DNA of 64,000 nucleotides from Chiloscyllium plagiosum (Eukaryota): assembly GCF_004010195.1 (NCBI RefSeq), contig NC_057718.1, forward strand, positions 21,488,735 to 21,552,734, in the 5' to 3' direction. The translations under genes were made by a program, and so were the position numbers. Below are positions 61,390-64,000 of this stretch, one piece after another. Within the stretch, counting starts at the first letter, position 1. Each line of letters opens with the position of its first letter. The notes beneath the pieces are model-generated. The model did not search any database. It worked only from the letters and a program-made list of their open reading frames with translations, and was not told the DNA's origin.

Positions 61390-64000
61390 GTATATTGTAG
61401 CATGCGACAGTGACAACGTTTTTCTCCTGTTATGTAACAATGTCATAGATCGATTTATATTTAGCATTGCTTCCTTGTTTTTGTACTCTGTGGCTGTATT
61501 TATAGATAGTAGAATAGAAATAATTGATTAACTCTTTATGAAAGCCATCACAAGCTGATGGGGCAACTTGCCACTTTCTGTAAGGTTCTATAATTTTGAA
61601 TTGTCTTATACTACTTCACTTAATTGTAGAAATTGAATTCTTTTTCTAACATATATTTTACTGATTTACATCCATTGATTCCAGTCTGTTTATAAACAAT
61701 GTCTATTCATCCTTTCTTGTCCTTTAACAACATGCTAAAAGTGATCCATGTACGATTTGCAACAAATTTTTTACTGGAATGGTTAGCTCATTTTAAGTAA
61801 AGATAAAGCAGTGAAACAAAGTTTACTCACAGCCTGATATCTAATAGTAATGGAATCTCTTGCATATGGATGTTTAAAAACATCTAGGTGCCACAAGCAA
61901 GGCCAATATTTGCTCCACATTCCAAATTGTCCTTCAGCTGATTGGATCATGAGGCCATTTCCTAGTTAAGATACAACAATTTATCATGGGTCTGGAGTAA
62001 AATATAGGCCTAACTAGATGAGGCAAACAGACTTTATTCCCTAAAGGTCATTAGTGAATGAATTAAAGTATAGCAAAGAACTGTGGATGCTGAAGATCTG
62101 AATCAAAAACAGAAATTATTGGACAAACTCAGCAGATTAGCGGCATTTATGGAGAAAAAGCAGAGTTAATGTTTTGATTTGGTAGCCCTTCTTCAGAATT
62201 GGAATTATGAAATTATTATGAACGAGGCATATATGAAGGAGGCATACATGTGAAGGCGATATGAAATCTGTTTGAGTGTCATGATATTGTTATTTAAATC
62301 CCTTCTCTTTAAAAATAAAAAACTGCGTTAGTCATCATTCAGACTTAAAATAAGACTCTTAACTGCTAGAATGCATTAATTGACAGAGCAATTGGTCTAG
62401 CCAAGACAATAAAAAACTTAAGCATCTGTTCCTGCAGTTTCAATAGACTTAATTATGAGATTTTCTAAAGGTTGTTCTTACTGATGAGTCGATTTTGAAG
62501 CCTTGGCCAAGTTTCAAAACCTCCAAATCCTTTTATCTTGGCAGGGGAGCCGAGTTCAACAGTTTTAATATCTTATTAAAGTACATCTTTCATGTGGTGG
62601 GTGAATAGACATTTGTTTTTACAGCAGCTGAATACTCAAGGAGATATAACACTTTTAAATGGGTTTCATGGCTGAGTATTTTCCACAGAAGTGTGCGTGA
62701 TTTTCTTCATCTCAATGGCTCCTGAGTTCTACTCGTTGTCTACCTTGAGTGAATGGCTATGGAAGTGGCATGGGGGCATGAATGCAGTTTGGGAAGATTG
62801 CATGGAGAGTGGTGAAGGATAGAGACTCTTATATCTTTTTTATCTAACTTAGCCATAGTTTCAGAGAACTGAAGTGGTAGAGGTTTGGAAGTGCAGATGA
62901 CCAGGATACTCTGACGAAAATCCAGTCCAAAAATAATCACATTAGAAATAATATGTTCTGATTAGGTTTGCCTTTTCTTATTTGGTTCATGATTTTCTTT
63001 TTGTCACAAGAAGTCAAATTATGTTTGTGTAGTCACCCATACGACCAATCACATTTCTAAAAGGCATCTTTTATCAGATATACTCTCTCAGTACTGCTTC
63101 CTTCCCCTACTTCTGCTCATTAAATCCGCTATCCACAGTCAAAACATTTTCCCTTTCCAATCCCCATCACCCCAAATTTAAAAACCACTTTACTGTACTG
63201 ATCACAATAAGCCTATCACTACAAGCCTCAATTTTCAAATGAACCTATTTGCCACACCAGGTTTAGTTCGAATAGCTACTTTATCTGCTTCACAATTTTC
63301 TTTTCAAACTTGAACTCCACGAAAGCTAAAATTTGTTATAATCACACAATATGATAATCAACATCAGAAGCTTTGAACATTTGTTACTGTTTCCATCTCA
63401 GTTGCTTTACTGCAAAATAATCATGTTTATTTGCCTCGGGTTTACCTTTGCAACTGTGGTGAGGATAAAAATCAGTTTCCTTTCTGAGTTATTAACCTTG
63501 GAGAGAAAAGGGAAACCTAGTATTTCAGAATAACGAAGAATTGCACACCGTTTTGATGAGTATCACTCTGACCCATCTCCAATATCTACAATGGACTGTG
63601 AATTTATTATGAACATTACAATTATGAATATAATATTTTTATTTTAAGCATCTTACCATCTGGAGTTTTTTTTTCCTACAGGCATTTGTTGCTAGATAAG
63701 GCTACTGTGTGACAGTAACTGGCATGATCTATCTCCACCTTGGCAGCTAATCAAATGGCATTCTTTTAGAATGATATACCAATCTGCTTGCTCAGAACTG
63801 AATCAAGCAAAATCTTTGGTGGAAAATGTCTTCGCTTGCTGTGTTTCTCCAAGTGTGAGAAGCCCACGACATCTCCTTTTCAAATGTTTGTCTATAACTT
63901 CATTGACATATATAATTCCAATTAAACATGACATAAAATGAACAAATAAATTCCTAATCCATGATTCTGATGTAACCAAACCACTCCAGGCAAGCTCTGA

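Noticed and set aside
62740..62940. 66-aa minus-strand ORF in QPCT intron 6
   Set aside because: No recognisable homology or exon signals.
63660..63720. Strong acceptor-like ttttttttcctacAG as QPCT exon 7
   Set aside because: The required frame reads GIC-C-stop; no VPxLHLI...WHT motif was found anywhere in 61.4-64 kb.

Overview
Repeat-rich, AT-rich genomic DNA from a cartilaginous fish: HE1-type V-SINEs, CR1 LINEs and Penelope-like elements point to an elasmobranch/shark, but the species cannot be fixed from sequence alone. There are two N gaps (7016-7177, 10304-10741). Two spliced protein-coding genes lie head to head, about 23 kb apart. MOCS3/UBA4 is on the minus strand (coding exons 1-6, 19510 down to 676; the rest lies left of the window). 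QPCT (glutaminyl cyclase) is on the plus strand (exons 1-6, 42555-61389; the last exon was not found in the window). Main observations: (1) MOCS3, which is intronless in human, is intron-rich here, and its fifth intron is an 82-nt minor-spliceosome (U12-type) intron with non-canonical AT-AA ends. (2) Several families of Penelope-derived short elements carry minimal hammerhead-ribozyme motifs with clear covariation, including a U3-A8 core variant. Several are foldback/palindromic with 11-16 bp target-site duplications, and some lie sense to the host pre-mRNAs. Also present are a complete but decayed pogo (POGK/Passer-like) transposon, Harbinger Myb/SANT remnants, Gypsy-like LTRs and Tc1/mariner-type MITEs. 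All exon, TSD and RNA-structure calls were made by hand; none was computed or searched.
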